DNA of 64,000 nucleotides from the NCBI GenBank assembly GCA_046754465.1, contig JBHHVU010000001.1, forward strand, positions 95,449 through 159,448. Direction: 5' to 3'. This DNA is from Nitrospinaceae bacterium (GTDB lineage Bacteria > Nitrospinota > Nitrospinia > Nitrospinales > VA-1). Below are positions 27,335 to 37,309 of the stretch, in pieces (position 1 is the first letter of the stretch; every line of letters starts with the position of its first letter). The notes under the pieces were generated by a model. The model ran no database searches and had not been told where the DNA came from. It worked only from the letters and a program-made list of their open reading frames with translations. A program made the translations under genes and the position numbers.

Positions 27335-28273
27335 GTGATGCTATTCCACCTGTTTCTGTTGATACTGGGCCTGCCCCTTCTGTATTACGGAGGGGATTTG
27401 TTAATCACCGGCAGCATCCGTATTTCCCGCAACCTGAAAATCAGCCCATTTATCATTGGGGCCACGGTGGTGGGCTTCGGAACATCCGCACCGGAACTCG
27501 CGGTTTCCATCCTGGCAGCAATTCAGGGATCCCCCGAACTGGCCCTGGGAAACGTGATCGGAAGCAATATCGCCAATGTCGGGTTGGTCCTGGGGTTGAC
27601 GGCCCTCATCATTCCCCTCACGATCGGAAAACAGCGGTTAAAGGAAGAATCCCCTCCCTTTATTTTTACTACCGGGTTGGTCATGGTCCTTGTCTGGGAT
27701 TCCCACTTGAACCGCCTCGAAGGGGGTATCATGGTGGTATTGATGATGGCCTATTTATGGAATTCATTCCGCAAAAAGGAGGAATCCGAATTCCTTGTCG
27801 AGGAGGAAACGTTCCTGGCAGAAAAGGGCATGGGGATCCAGGCGGCTCTCATTCTGGCCGGATTGGGCCTTTTGATTTTTGGGGCCAAATGTCTCGTCGA
27901 TGGGGCGGTGGGAATCGCCACCCAACTCGGCATCAGCGAATGGTTCATCGGCATCACCATCGTCGCCCTGGGCACCAGTCTCCCGGAGATCGTGTCTTCC
28001 CTGATGGCGGCCAAACGGGGTCACGGCGAGATGGCTATCGGAAACGTTGTCGGCAGCAACATCTTCAATAGCCTGCTGGTCCTGGGAGTCACGGCGTCCA
28101 TCCAACCCCTGGATATTCTGGAACCCATCCACACCGACTTGATGATCACCACCGCCCTTTCCTGTCTGCTTTTGATCCTGATACGAATCGAGCATGAATT
28201 ATCGCAACGGGACGGATTCATCCTGCTGGCCCTCTATATCGGCTATTTGGGAATGAAAGGGATGGGGCTGTGA
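27335..28273 (+). CDS. Calcium/sodium antiporter (CaCA, YrbG-like)
   Basis: Alpha repeats GTSAPE...GNVIGSN and GTSLPE...GNVVGSN. Confidence 0.95.
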   Translation: MMLFHLFLLILGLPLLYYGGDLLITGSIRISRNLKISPFIIGATVVGFGTSAPELAVSILAAIQGSPELALGNVIGSNIANVGLVLGLTALIIPLTIGKQRLKEESPPFIFTTGLVMVLVWDSHLNRLEGGIMVVLMMAYLWNSFRKKEESEFLVEEETFLAEKGMGIQAALILAGLGLLIFGAKCLVDGAVGIATQLGISEWFIGITIVALGTSLPEIVSSLMAAKRGHGEMAIGNVVGSNIFNSLLVLGVTASIQPLDILEPIHTDLMITTALSCLLLILIRIEHELSQRDGFILLALYIGYLGMKGMGL

Positions 28274-28274
28274 A

Positions 28275-30302
28275 TCAACCCTTGACCTGCGGCTTGGACG
28301 CTTCTTTCTTCTCCGGCTTGCTGATGGGAGGCTTGGGCTTGACATTCTTAAACCGCCATAACTGCTGCTTGTAATAGGGCTCGTCCGGAACCAGTTGAAT
28401 GGCCAGTTGAATATTTTTCACGGCCTGGTCCACATCCCCCCTGGCATAATGTAATTCCGAATAGGTATCAATGTATTCCGGCTTTTCGGGAAAGGCTTCG
28501 AGGGTTTTTTGGGAAAGTTGGAGGCCCTTTTCCAAATGGATTCTCTTCTTCGCGTAAAGCCAGGCCAGCCGGTTCATCGTGCCGTAATCCTTGGGATCGA
28601 GACCCAGGGCCTTTTCGCAATGACTGATAGCCACGGTAAAGAAGCGCTTTTTACTGTAGACGTTGCAGATGGCGAAAACGATATCGTGATTATCCGGTTT
28701 GATGGCGGCAGCGGCCAGGAGTTTCTGAAGTCCCTGGTCGAGCCTTTTATCCTCCACCAGGCTCTTTCCGAGGGCCAACAGATAATCCGCATTCTTGGGT
28801 TCCAATTCAACCGCTTTCCTGAATTGCCCAGCCGCGTTTTCCACCCCTCCCTTGGCCAGCAACACTTGTCCCATGAGGTAGTGCGAATCGGCATGATCTT
28901 CCCTAAGCGCCACCGCCGATTCCAAAGCGGCGTGGGCGGGGTCCCAATCCTTTTGTTCCGTCAGCATCCGGCCGAGTTGATAATAACTTTCGGCATCCCT
29001 GGAATTGGCCTGCACGGCATTTTGGAAAGCGGCCCGGGCTTTCTCTAACTGATCCAGCTCGTAATATAATTTTCCCAGACGAGCCTGTACTTCGGGATTC
29101 CCGGGCTGTAGGGATTCGGCCGCCTGGTAGATCTTGAGGGATTTTTCTTTCATTCCGCGAGCGAAGAACAAGTCCGCCAGGCGGGACTGGACCTTAAAAT
29201 CCACGGGGAATTGATCCGCCGCCTTCTCCAGTTCCTGGACTCCCTCGTCTTCATGACCAGTTTTCATAAGTAAATCCGCCAGGTCCAACCGCAATTGGGA
29301 ATTTTTCGGGTTGGACTGAACCGCTTTTTGGAGTTCTTCCACGGCTTGCGTAAATTTCTTTTGTCCGGCGAACAATTCGCTCAAGGCCACGTGGGTGAGA
29401 TAAAAATCAGGATTCAATTTCACGGCGATTTGAAGGTTTCCGGCGGCTTTTTCCAAGTTTCCCTGTTGCCTATAGAGCTGTCCCAAGTCATAAAACGCCT
29501 TGTAATTTTTGGGATCAATATCAATAGCCTCTTTATAGGAATCCGCCGCTTCCTTGAGCTGTCCCTTGGCGGTCAGGGTTTTGGCGAGCTTGACCCGGTA
29601 GTCGCTGTTGGCAGGGTTCAGGTCGATGGACCGCCTGAACTGGTTCAGTGCTTCGTTATACCGGTTTTTATTGAAATAAACCTCCCCCAATCCGGCATAG
29701 ACCCTGGCGTTGACCCGGGAAATGTCCAGGGCTTTTTTGAATTGATGCTCCGCATCGGCGATCTTTCGTTCCTCCATTAACTGGTATCCCTTTTGGATGA
29801 GTGATTCCAATCGGTTTGCTGGATGATGGGTGTAGTAATAAATTCCCCCGCCCGCGGCCAGGAGAGCCAGCGCCGCCACAGCCGCCTTGGGTTCCCAACC
29901 CTTTACTTTTTTTTGAGGTGTTTGAACTTCCAGGGTCGATTTATCAGGTGCGGGTTCGGAGACGGTTTTCTCCGGCTCCGCCTCTTTGGGGCCTTCGACC
30001 ATTTTCGTCTGCCCCTCGAAGTTGGACCCTTCATCGATAACGAGGTGGAAGGTGGTGATATCTCCCTTCAGCCGGCTCCCGTTCATTAAGGTCACTTTAT
30101 TTTCCGCGACGATATTGCCATGGAAAACTCCCATGTTGGTGAAATCCCGCGTTTTCATGTTACCCTGGAACTTCCCGGATTTTCCCAGGATAAAATTATT
30201 TGAGGAAAAGACTTCCCCGTCAAACGCTCCGTCAAAATGAACTGACCCCTTGACCCAGAGCGTTCCTTTCAAGCGAACATTTTTCTCGAAATACGAGTTC
30301 AT
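28275..30302 (-). CDS. Bactofilin (polymer-forming cytoskeletal) domain + TM + multi-TPR protein
   Basis: N-terminal beta-helix pattern LKGTLWVKGSVHFDGAFDGEV...GNIVAENKVTL...KGDITTFHLVIDEGSNFEG; TM AAVAALALLAAGGGIYYY; more than 10 TPR-like repeats. Confidence 0.82.
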   Translation of the reverse strand: MNSYFEKNVRLKGTLWVKGSVHFDGAFDGEVFSSNNFILGKSGKFQGNMKTRDFTNMGVFHGNIVAENKVTLMNGSRLKGDITTFHLVIDEGSNFEGQTKMVEGPKEAEPEKTVSEPAPDKSTLEVQTPQKKVKGWEPKAAVAALALLAAGGGIYYYTHHPANRLESLIQKGYQLMEERKIADAEHQFKKALDISRVNARVYAGLGEVYFNKNRYNEALNQFRRSIDLNPANSDYRVKLAKTLTAKGQLKEAADSYKEAIDIDPKNYKAFYDLGQLYRQQGNLEKAAGNLQIAVKLNPDFYLTHVALSELFAGQKKFTQAVEELQKAVQSNPKNSQLRLDLADLLMKTGHEDEGVQELEKAADQFPVDFKVQSRLADLFFARGMKEKSLKIYQAAESLQPGNPEVQARLGKLYYELDQLEKARAAFQNAVQANSRDAESYYQLGRMLTEQKDWDPAHAALESAVALREDHADSHYLMGQVLLAKGGVENAAGQFRKAVELEPKNADYLLALGKSLVEDKRLDQGLQKLLAAAAIKPDNHDIVFAICNVYSKKRFFTVAISHCEKALGLDPKDYGTMNRLAWLYAKKRIHLEKGLQLSQKTLEAFPEKPEYIDTYSELHYARGDVDQAVKNIQLAIQLVPDEPYYKQQLWRFKNVKPKPPISKPEKKEASKPQVKG

Positions 30303-30599
30303 ATCTCACCCTTTTAAAACCTTGAATTGTCCGTCTGATGAGGATGCAAGAACCACCCAATTAGACATAATACTATATTTTTTAATAGGTTACAAGGATT
30401 CCCAGCCCCGGTTCAAAGTGGAAACCCTGCTAAAATTGTTTGAGAATCGTTCCCTTCCAGAGTGAAAATTCGCCGGCCGTGGAGCCACAAGGTTGATAAA
30501 AACGTAAATAATTGGTATTTTACCGCCTTTGTATTTTTAACATAAATTTTATGAATTTTTCATAAATTAACACCCATTTAATCCAGGACGGGAGAAAAA

Positions 30600-31328
30600 A
30601 TGACGAGAAATAACGGCCGGGCTCTCAGCGAAATGAGAAATGTGAAAGTCACCAAGAATTTTATCAAGTACCCCGCCGGATCTGTCCTAATCCAAGTGGG
30701 AAATACACGGGTCATTTGCTCTGCCACCGTTGAAGAAAAAGTCCCCCCCTTTCTCCGCGACAAAAAAACCGGCTGGGTCACGGCGGAATATTCCATGATT
30801 CCCAGTTCCACCCATAGTCGGATGGTACGCGAAGCCTCCCGGGGAAAGTTGTCCGGAAGAACCCAGGAAATCCAGAGACTCATCGGCCGCTCGCTGCGGG
30901 CGGTAGTGGACCTCGACCTTTTGGGGGAGCGCACCATTTGGCTCGATTGCGATGTGATTCAGGCCGACGGCGGAACCCGCTGCGCCTCCATCACGGGGGC
31001 ATTCATGGCGATGGCGTTGGCATGCAAAGCGATGAAAAAAGACAAATTGATCGACACTCTTCCCATCAAGGATTTTGTCGCCGCGACCAGTGTGGGAATC
31101 GCCGATGGGAAAAAAATCCTCGATCTCGACTACGACGAGGACTCCACCGCCAGTGTGGACTTGAATATCGTTAAGACCGGATCGGGGGGGTTTGTCGAAA
31201 TTCAGGGAACGGCGGAAAAAGAACCCTTCGATCAAAAACAATTGGACGCTCTTCTCGCCCTGGCGGATAAAGGCATCATGGAACTGGCCGCCATCCAGAA
31301 AAAGGTCGTGGGGGATTTGGGGTTTTAA
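30600..31328 (+). CDS. rph: Ribonuclease PH
   Basis: [47 protein letters not shown]. Confidence 0.98.
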   Translation: MTRNNGRALSEMRNVKVTKNFIKYPAGSVLIQVGNTRVICSATVEEKVPPFLRDKKTGWVTAEYSMIPSSTHSRMVREASRGKLSGRTQEIQRLIGRSLRAVVDLDLLGERTIWLDCDVIQADGGTRCASITGAFMAMALACKAMKKDKLIDTLPIKDFVAATSVGIADGKKILDLDYDEDSTASVDLNIVKTGSGGFVEIQGTAEKEPFDQKQLDALLALADKGIMELAAIQKKVVGDLGF

Positions 31329-31386
31329 TTTTCCAATGAGGGAGCCACCTGGTGAGAAGAGGATCCTTTTTCCCGGGTGTTGACGG

Positions 31387-32040
31387 TCAGCGATGCCTAC
31401 CCACGCCGATCTTCCCGCAAAATTCCGCGATACAGCATTGACTGCATAACGGGGAAAGGGGTTTGCAAATGTTCTGCCCCAGGAGAACCAGAAGCTCGTT
31501 GAATTCCTTCCAGTGTTTTTGGGGAAGTTTGTTGCGCAGGGCCATTTCCGTTTCGTCCGGAGAGGCTGTCGATACATAACCCCACCGGTTGACAATCCGG
31601 TGGACGTGGGTGTCGACACAAATTCCCATTCCGTCAAAACCCAGGATCACCGTCAGGTTGGCGGTTTTTCTCCCCACACCCTTCAGCGTGAGCAGTTCTT
31701 CGAGGGTCTGGGGAACACGGCCCTGGTATTTTTCAATCAGGGTCCGGCAGAGGTCCATCAACGTTTTCGTCTTGTTCCGGTAAAACGCCACGGGATAAAT
31801 CGCTTTTTCGACTTGGCGGGGTTTGAGGGTCAGAATTTTTTCCGGGCTATCGGCCAAAGCAAAAAGTTTAAGGAACGCGGTTTCGGTGACCTCGTCGCGT
31901 GTCCGCAAACTGAGCAGGCAACTGACAAGCACTCGAAACGGGTCCCGTTGCCGGCTGACCTGGGTCACCACGGGAGTCCGCCAATGTTTTACGGCTTTTT
32001 TGACCCGGCGGAGAACCTGGGATAATTGGGCGGGATCCAA
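31387..32040 (-). CDS. nth: Endonuclease III
   Basis: HhH LKGVGRKTAN, VDTHVHR, Fe-S motif C-x6-C-x2-C-x5-C. Confidence 0.95.
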   Translation of the reverse strand: MDPAQLSQVLRRVKKAVKHWRTPVVTQVSRQRDPFRVLVSCLLSLRTRDEVTETAFLKLFALADSPEKILTLKPRQVEKAIYPVAFYRNKTKTLMDLCRTLIEKYQGRVPQTLEELLTLKGVGRKTANLTVILGFDGMGICVDTHVHRIVNRWGYVSTASPDETEMALRNKLPQKHWKEFNELLVLLGQNICKPLSPLCSQCCIAEFCGKIGVGRHR

Positions 32041-32199
32041 ATTATAATTTCCTTTCAGCCCGGCCGAGGCTCCGGCGGGAGACTTGCCGGCAAAACCTGT
32101 GGCAATACCCGGAGCTTTTTGTTAGTATAAACCGTTATTTTGTCACACTTTATTACCACAACGAACCAACAACCCCAAACCTATACAACCAGGGAATCC

Positions 32200-32688
32200 A
32201 TGCAGCACACCATTTCCGTTTTGGTAGTCAATCGGTTCGGCGTTCTTTCCCGGATTTCGGGATTGTTCAGCGGCCGGGGATTCAACATTGAAAGTTTGAA
32301 CGTAGCCGAAACGAATGACCCCCAAATTTCCCGGATGACGATCGTCACCCGGGGCGATGACAATAAGATCGAACAAATCACCAAGCAATTGCACAAACTG
32401 GTGGATGTTATCAAGGTCGTGGACCTGACCGAGGAAAAATTCGTCGACAGGGAATTGATTCTGGTTAAAATGAATGCCGAAGGACGGGTCCGCGAAGAAA
32501 TTTTACGAATTGTCGAGATCTTCAGGGCAAAAATAGTAGACATAAGTTCCAATACCTATACCATAGAAATCACCGGCGACGAATCCAAGATCAAGGGTTT
32601 TCTGGAATTGCTGCGGCCATTGGGAATCAAGGAACTGGTCCGTTCGGGAAGAATCGCGGTCAGCCGGGGAATGAAATCGCTCCACTAA
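32200..32688 (+). CDS. ilvN: Acetolactate synthase small (regulatory) subunit
   Basis: HTISVLV.NRFGVLSRISGLFSGRGFNIESL, EQITKQL.KLVDVIKV. Confidence 0.97.
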   Translation: MQHTISVLVVNRFGVLSRISGLFSGRGFNIESLNVAETNDPQISRMTIVTRGDDNKIEQITKQLHKLVDVIKVVDLTEEKFVDRELILVKMNAEGRVREEILRIVEIFRAKIVDISSNTYTIEITGDESKIKGFLELLRPLGIKELVRSGRIAVSRGMKSLH

Positions 32689-32712
32689 TTTGTTTGGGAA
32701 AGGAGACCGACG

Positions 32713-33714
32713 TTGTCCAACATCTATTATGACAAGCATGCGGACCTCAAAATCCTGAAAAAGAAAACCGTCGCAATCATCGGTTACGGAAGCCAGGGGC
32801 ATGCGCATGCCCGCAACCTGCACGACAGCGGCATCAAGGTTGTCGTTGGGCTCAGAAAAGGCAGCGCCTTCTGGAAAAGAGCCTCCAAGGACGGATTGCA
32901 GGTTATGACCGTTCCGGAAGCCACCAAGGCCGCGGACATCATCATGATCCTGATTCCCGACGACAAGCAGCGCGCCATGTACGAACAGGACATCGCCCCG
33001 CATTTGAAAAAAGGAATGGCCCTCGCGTGGGGCCACGGTTTCAACATTCATTTCGGCCAAATCGTTCCCCCCGACACGGTGGACGTTTTCATGATAGCAC
33101 CGAAGGGACCGGGCCATCTCGTGCGCCGCACCTTCGAACAGGGGGCCGGTGTTCCCTGTCTCATGGCGATCCACCAAAACGTTACCCGGCAAGCCAGAAA
33201 GATCGCCTTGGCTTATGCCAGGGGAATCGGCGGAACCCGGGCGGGGGTCCTGGAAACCAGCTTTCAGGAGGAAACCGAAACCGACCTGTTTGGAGAACAG
33301 GCCGTTCTCTGCGGCGGCGTTACCGAGCTGATCCGGGCTGGATTCGACACGCTGGTGGAGGCGGGATACAATCCCGACCTGGCTTATTTCGAATGCCTGC
33401 ACGAACTCAAATTGATCGTGGACCTCATTTATGAAGGCGGGATTGGCAACATGCGCTACTCCATCAGCACCACCGCCGCCTACGGTGACGTCACGCGCGG
33501 CCCCCGGCTCATCAACCAGCAGACCCGCGCCGAAATGAAAAAAATCCTGGGGGAGATACAAAGCGGCAGTTTCGCCAAGGAATTCATCCTTGAAAATCAA
33601 GTCAACCGGCCGGTGTTCAATGCCCGGCTCCGCCAAGACGCAGATCATCTGATCGAAACCGTTGGTGATAAATTACGGAAAATGATGCCTTTTGTCGGGG
33701 AAAAATTAAAATAG
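32713..33714 (+). CDS. ilvC: Ketol-acid reductoisomerase
   Basis: [38 protein letters not shown] start with AGGAG RBS. Confidence 0.98.
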   Translation: MSNIYYDKHADLKILKKKTVAIIGYGSQGHAHARNLHDSGIKVVVGLRKGSAFWKRASKDGLQVMTVPEATKAADIIMILIPDDKQRAMYEQDIAPHLKKGMALAWGHGFNIHFGQIVPPDTVDVFMIAPKGPGHLVRRTFEQGAGVPCLMAIHQNVTRQARKIALAYARGIGGTRAGVLETSFQEETETDLFGEQAVLCGGVTELIRAGFDTLVEAGYNPDLAYFECLHELKLIVDLIYEGGIGNMRYSISTTAAYGDVTRGPRLINQQTRAEMKKILGEIQSGSFAKEFILENQVNRPVFNARLRQDADHLIETVGDKLRKMMPFVGEKLK

Positions 33715-33728
33715 GTCTCCCCTCCTCC

Positions 33729-34358
33729 ATGAAAATTCCCATCGCAAAAGAAGGCGCCCCGTTCATCGCTCCCTTGGGCATATTGACCCTTGCTTTCTTG
33801 GCTGCATCGATGTTCTGGGCGGCGCTGGTTCTCGGTCTCCTGTTTCTTTTCGTGCTTTACTTTTTCCGCGACCCGGAACGGGCCATCACCGATGATCCCA
33901 AGGCCGTGGTCTCCCCGGCAGACGGAAAAATTGTTGAGATCACCCGGGAAGCCGACCCGTTTGAGGGGAAAACCTATATCCGGGTCAGCATTTTCCTCTC
34001 CGTTTTCAATGTTCACATCAACCGCATTCCCATTGCCGGGCAAATAGAAAAAACCCGGTACAATCCCGGCAAGTTCCTGGCGGCCTTCAACCATAAGGCG
34101 TCGCTGGACAACGAACAGAACACGTTAATGATCCGCAAGGAGAACACGGAAGTTCTGGTGAAACAGATCGCCGGCCTCATCGCCCGGCGCATCGTGTGCT
34201 GGGCCAAGGAAGGTGACCGGTACCAAACCGGCCAACGTTTCGGACTGATCCGCTTCGGTTCGCGGGTGGACCTGATGGTTCCCGAGAAAACTCGCCTGGT
34301 CATTAAACACGGGGACACCGTGCGCGGGGGCAGCAGCATCATCGGATTTTTGGAGTAA
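33729..34358 (+). CDS. psd: Phosphatidylserine decarboxylase proenzyme
   Basis: FFRDPER, SPADG, FNVHINR, FGSRVD self-cleavage motif. Confidence 0.96.
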   Translation: MKIPIAKEGAPFIAPLGILTLAFLAASMFWAALVLGLLFLFVLYFFRDPERAITDDPKAVVSPADGKIVEITREADPFEGKTYIRVSIFLSVFNVHINRIPIAGQIEKTRYNPGKFLAAFNHKASLDNEQNTLMIRKENTEVLVKQIAGLIARRIVCWAKEGDRYQTGQRFGLIRFGSRVDLMVPEKTRLVIKHGDTVRGGSSIIGFLE

Positions 34359-34439
34359 AAAATTCCAGGAGAGTATTTTAACTTCCCCGCTCATGGCATT
34401 TAATGAAGCGGGGAATCAACTCACCCAAAAGAACTCCCC

Positions 34440-35201
34440 ATGATGAAAGCACCCAAGAACCTCAAAAAGGGAATTCACATTCTTCCCAGTCTTTTCACGA
34501 CGGGGAATGTGTTTTGCGGATTTTACGCCTTCATCGCGGTATTGAACGAGATGTATTACGTGGGCGCCTGGGCAATCGTGGTGGCCATGATCTTTGACGT
34601 GCTGGACGGACGCATCGCCCGGCTGACCAAAACCACCAGCGCCTTTGGCGTCCAATACGACTCCCTGGCGGACATCATCTCGTTCGGCATGGCCCCGGCT
34701 TTTCTCGTCTATGCCTGGGTCTTGAAACCCTATGGACGGTTGGGGTGGATGGCGGCCTTTCTGTTTCTCCTTTGTGGGGCCTTGCGCCTCGCCCGATTCA
34801 ACGTCACCAAACCCGATGTCCGCGGCGATCATTTCATTGGCCTTCCCATCCCCGCCGCCGCCGCGATCCTGGCCTCCATCGTCATCGCGTTCGAAGACCT
34901 GTTCGCCACCAAAATCAATGCCGTCATCATGGTCGTCGCGGTTTGCCTGCTGGCCTTCCTCATGGTCAGCAACATCAAATATCCGGCGCTGAAAAAGCTG
35001 CAATTCAGAAAACGCGTGGCCTTCTCGCGTTTCCTTTTCGTCATTTTGTTTATTTATGTTCTCGCCACCATTCCACGCGTGGCCCTGTTTTTTCTCAGTT
35101 TTTCATACGCCTTGGTGGGCCCGATTGGGTACTTGATCCAAAGCAGAAAAAACTCCCCGGAAATTCCCCAAAACATTCCCAATCCGCCCGCGAAATCCTG
35201 A
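34440..35201 (+). CDS. pssA: CDP-diacylglycerol--serine O-phosphatidyltransferase
   Basis: DVLDGRIAR...FG..YDSLADIISFGMAPA, ALRLARFN, FIGLPIP. Confidence 0.95.
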   Translation: MMKAPKNLKKGIHILPSLFTTGNVFCGFYAFIAVLNEMYYVGAWAIVVAMIFDVLDGRIARLTKTTSAFGVQYDSLADIISFGMAPAFLVYAWVLKPYGRLGWMAAFLFLLCGALRLARFNVTKPDVRGDHFIGLPIPAAAAILASIVIAFEDLFATKINAVIMVVAVCLLAFLMVSNIKYPALKKLQFRKRVAFSRFLFVILFIYVLATIPRVALFFLSFSYALVGPIGYLIQSRKNSPEIPQNIPNPPAKS

Positions 35202-35296
35202 TACAATATTAACGGGTCCCGGTTGCCAACGGCGCTGGGAACCCCTTTCCAGAGCCTTTAACGCCGCGAGAAATCTTCCAGGGAGAAACGGGTACC

Positions 35297-36163
35297 ATGT
35301 CGTGGTTCGATAAAATAAAAGTCAAAACGGGAATCCGGAAAAAGATTACCAAACCTGAAGTCCTCTGGTTGGAATGCAAAGGGTGTGGTGAGCAAATTTA
35401 TATCGCCGAAATCGAAAAAAACCTCAAGGTCTGCCCCAACTGCGATCACCATTCCCGGCTCGATGCCCGGGAGAGAATCACTCAACTGATCAATCCCGGA
35501 ACCTTTGTCGAACACGATCAGGACCTTGCATCATCGGACCCCCTCAAGTTCAAGGACAAAAAGAGATACAGGGACCGGCTTCGCGCCACGCAAAAAAAAG
35601 GCCTTTCCGGCGACGCCCTGATCACGGGAACCGGGATGCTTGGGGAGCATCGGGTGGAAATCTGCATCTTTGAATTCAACTTCATGGGGGGAAGCATGGG
35701 TTCGGTGGTGGGGGAAAAGATCACCCGCGGCATCGAGCGGGCCCAGGCCCACCGCAATCCGCTGATCATCGTGAGTTGCTCCGGCGGCGCACGCATGCAG
35801 GAAGGTATTCTGTCGCTGATGCAAATGGCGAAAACCGCCTCGGCCCTCAGGAACCTCTCCGAACACAAGGTCCCTTATATTTCGATCCTGACCGACCCCA
35901 CCACGGGAGGGGTTTCAGCCAGTTTTGCCATGCTGGGGGATATTATTCTAGCGGAACCGGGGGCGTTGATCGGCTTCGCGGGGCCCCGCGTCATCGAACA
36001 GACGATTCAGCAAAAACTTCCCGAAGGATTCCAAAAATCAGAGTTTCTGCTCGAACACGGGCTGATAGACCGGGTGGTCCATCGGAAGGAACTGAAAAAA
36101 ACGCTGGAAACCCTTTTGAGTGTGTTGGCCAACCTGCCGGTCCGCAAAAAAGCCCCAGTTTAG
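35297..36163 (+). CDS. accD: Acetyl-CoA carboxylase carboxyltransferase beta subunit
   Basis: Zn finger CxxC...CxxC, FMGGSMGSVVGEK, SGGARMQEG, DPTTGGVSAS. Confidence 0.97.
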   Translation: MSWFDKIKVKTGIRKKITKPEVLWLECKGCGEQIYIAEIEKNLKVCPNCDHHSRLDARERITQLINPGTFVEHDQDLASSDPLKFKDKKRYRDRLRATQKKGLSGDALITGTGMLGEHRVEICIFEFNFMGGSMGSVVGEKITRGIERAQAHRNPLIIVSCSGGARMQEGILSLMQMAKTASALRNLSEHKVPYISILTDPTTGGVSASFAMLGDIILAEPGALIGFAGPRVIEQTIQQKLPEGFQKSEFLLEHGLIDRVVHRKELKKTLETLLSVLANLPVRKKAPV

Positions 36164-37131
36164 CACCCCAGGGTATTTACGGCATCCTCAAGAGACATCG
36201 CGATACACGTAAAAATGGGCGTATCTTTTTCGACGTAACGGCTGCCTTCCGTTTCCCTCAATTCCATGACCAAGTCCAGGAAATCCGAGGGGTAATCGGT
36301 TTCGAAGGCCACCACGAATTCATTGTCATCGATCCCGAATGAATAGGAAGTGTTCAGTTTGACCGAGGGATATTTATTCCCGATATAAATATGCTCGTCC
36401 ATCATTCCCTGGCGCGTGAACTGGGTGAGGAGATACCACTCCCGTTTCTTGACGAAGGGGTAGATGAACAGATACTTGGCCTTGCCCGGAATGATATGGG
36501 TCCGGTCTTCCTCGTGTTCCGGATTGAACATATCCTGGTACATGGACCGTTTGGTCTGGGAAAGATAGGAATAAGTAACGTTGAGATATTTTCCCAATCC
36601 CGTTTGGTACAGCCGGGTCGTCATTTTCTGAAAGTTTTCCAATTCATAGCTGATCCGCCACAGCATGATGTCCGCATCGGGACGAATCCCCACCACGGAA
36701 TAACTGAGAAGGATCATGTCCTTATGGGAATCATACTCCTCCAGGACATCCAGGAATTCTTTTTTGCCTTTTTCCCGTTCTTCCTGGGGCAGCCGCCGGA
36801 AGGCCGGATCGAGTTTAAAAAACGAGAAATTGACAAACTGGCGCTTGACCGCCTTCTCGCCTTCCTTGGCCTGAGGGCCGGCCTGGGTCTTTGTTGCCCT
36901 TTTCGCCTTGGCTTCCGCCATCGCGGCTCCTTCCCGCTCCTGGCGGGCGCGGGAAACCACATCATCGTCCACCACTTCGATTTCTTTATCCTTGGCGTAT
37001 TGTTCGATCCCACGGATGACACTCTTACGGACAAAAAACGGCACGTTTTTCATTCGTTCTATGGCACTCTCGGTCCAATTCAATTCCGTGGCCGGCATAA
37101 AATCTTCCAATTCCTTGTCTTCAATCGCCAT
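36160..37131 (-). CDS. Chlorite dismutase-family protein (probable coproheme decarboxylase ChdC/HemQ type) with an N-terminal PCP_red-like domain
   Basis: WTESAIERMKNVPFFVRKSVIRGIEQYA (PCP_red-like); YPFVKKREWY..R..MMDEH, NTSYSFGIDDNEFVVAF, ELRETE. Confidence 0.8.
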   Translation of the reverse strand: MAIEDKELEDFMPATELNWTESAIERMKNVPFFVRKSVIRGIEQYAKDKEIEVVDDDVVSRARQEREGAAMAEAKAKRATKTQAGPQAKEGEKAVKRQFVNFSFFKLDPAFRRLPQEEREKGKKEFLDVLEEYDSHKDMILLSYSVVGIRPDADIMLWRISYELENFQKMTTRLYQTGLGKYLNVTYSYLSQTKRSMYQDMFNPEHEEDRTHIIPGKAKYLFIYPFVKKREWYLLTQFTRQGMMDEHIYIGNKYPSVKLNTSYSFGIDDNEFVVAFETDYPSDFLDLVMELRETEGSRYVEKDTPIFTCIAMSLEDAVNTLGC

Positions 37132-37309
37132 AACAAATTTCTCTTTGCTAAAAGTTAGTGGGATGGAATTTAAACAATACCGCCGGGTCTATCACCAACC
37201 CGAAATGGTAACTCTTTTGACAACAATAATCCAGACAGAAATTTGGGTTGATCTCATGATAGACTGAGGCTCGAAAGATTTCAACCTCAAAACCACTGCG
37301 TGACCGATC

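Noticed and set aside
32140..32199. Thr-rich attenuator leader peptide before ilvN
   Set aside because: It is only an in-frame upstream extension from a TTG, with no separate stop and no terminator hairpin
36160..37131. True chlorite dismutase
   Set aside because: The distal catalytic Arg position appears to be Leu, and the YP..K motif of the ChdC/HemQ type is present
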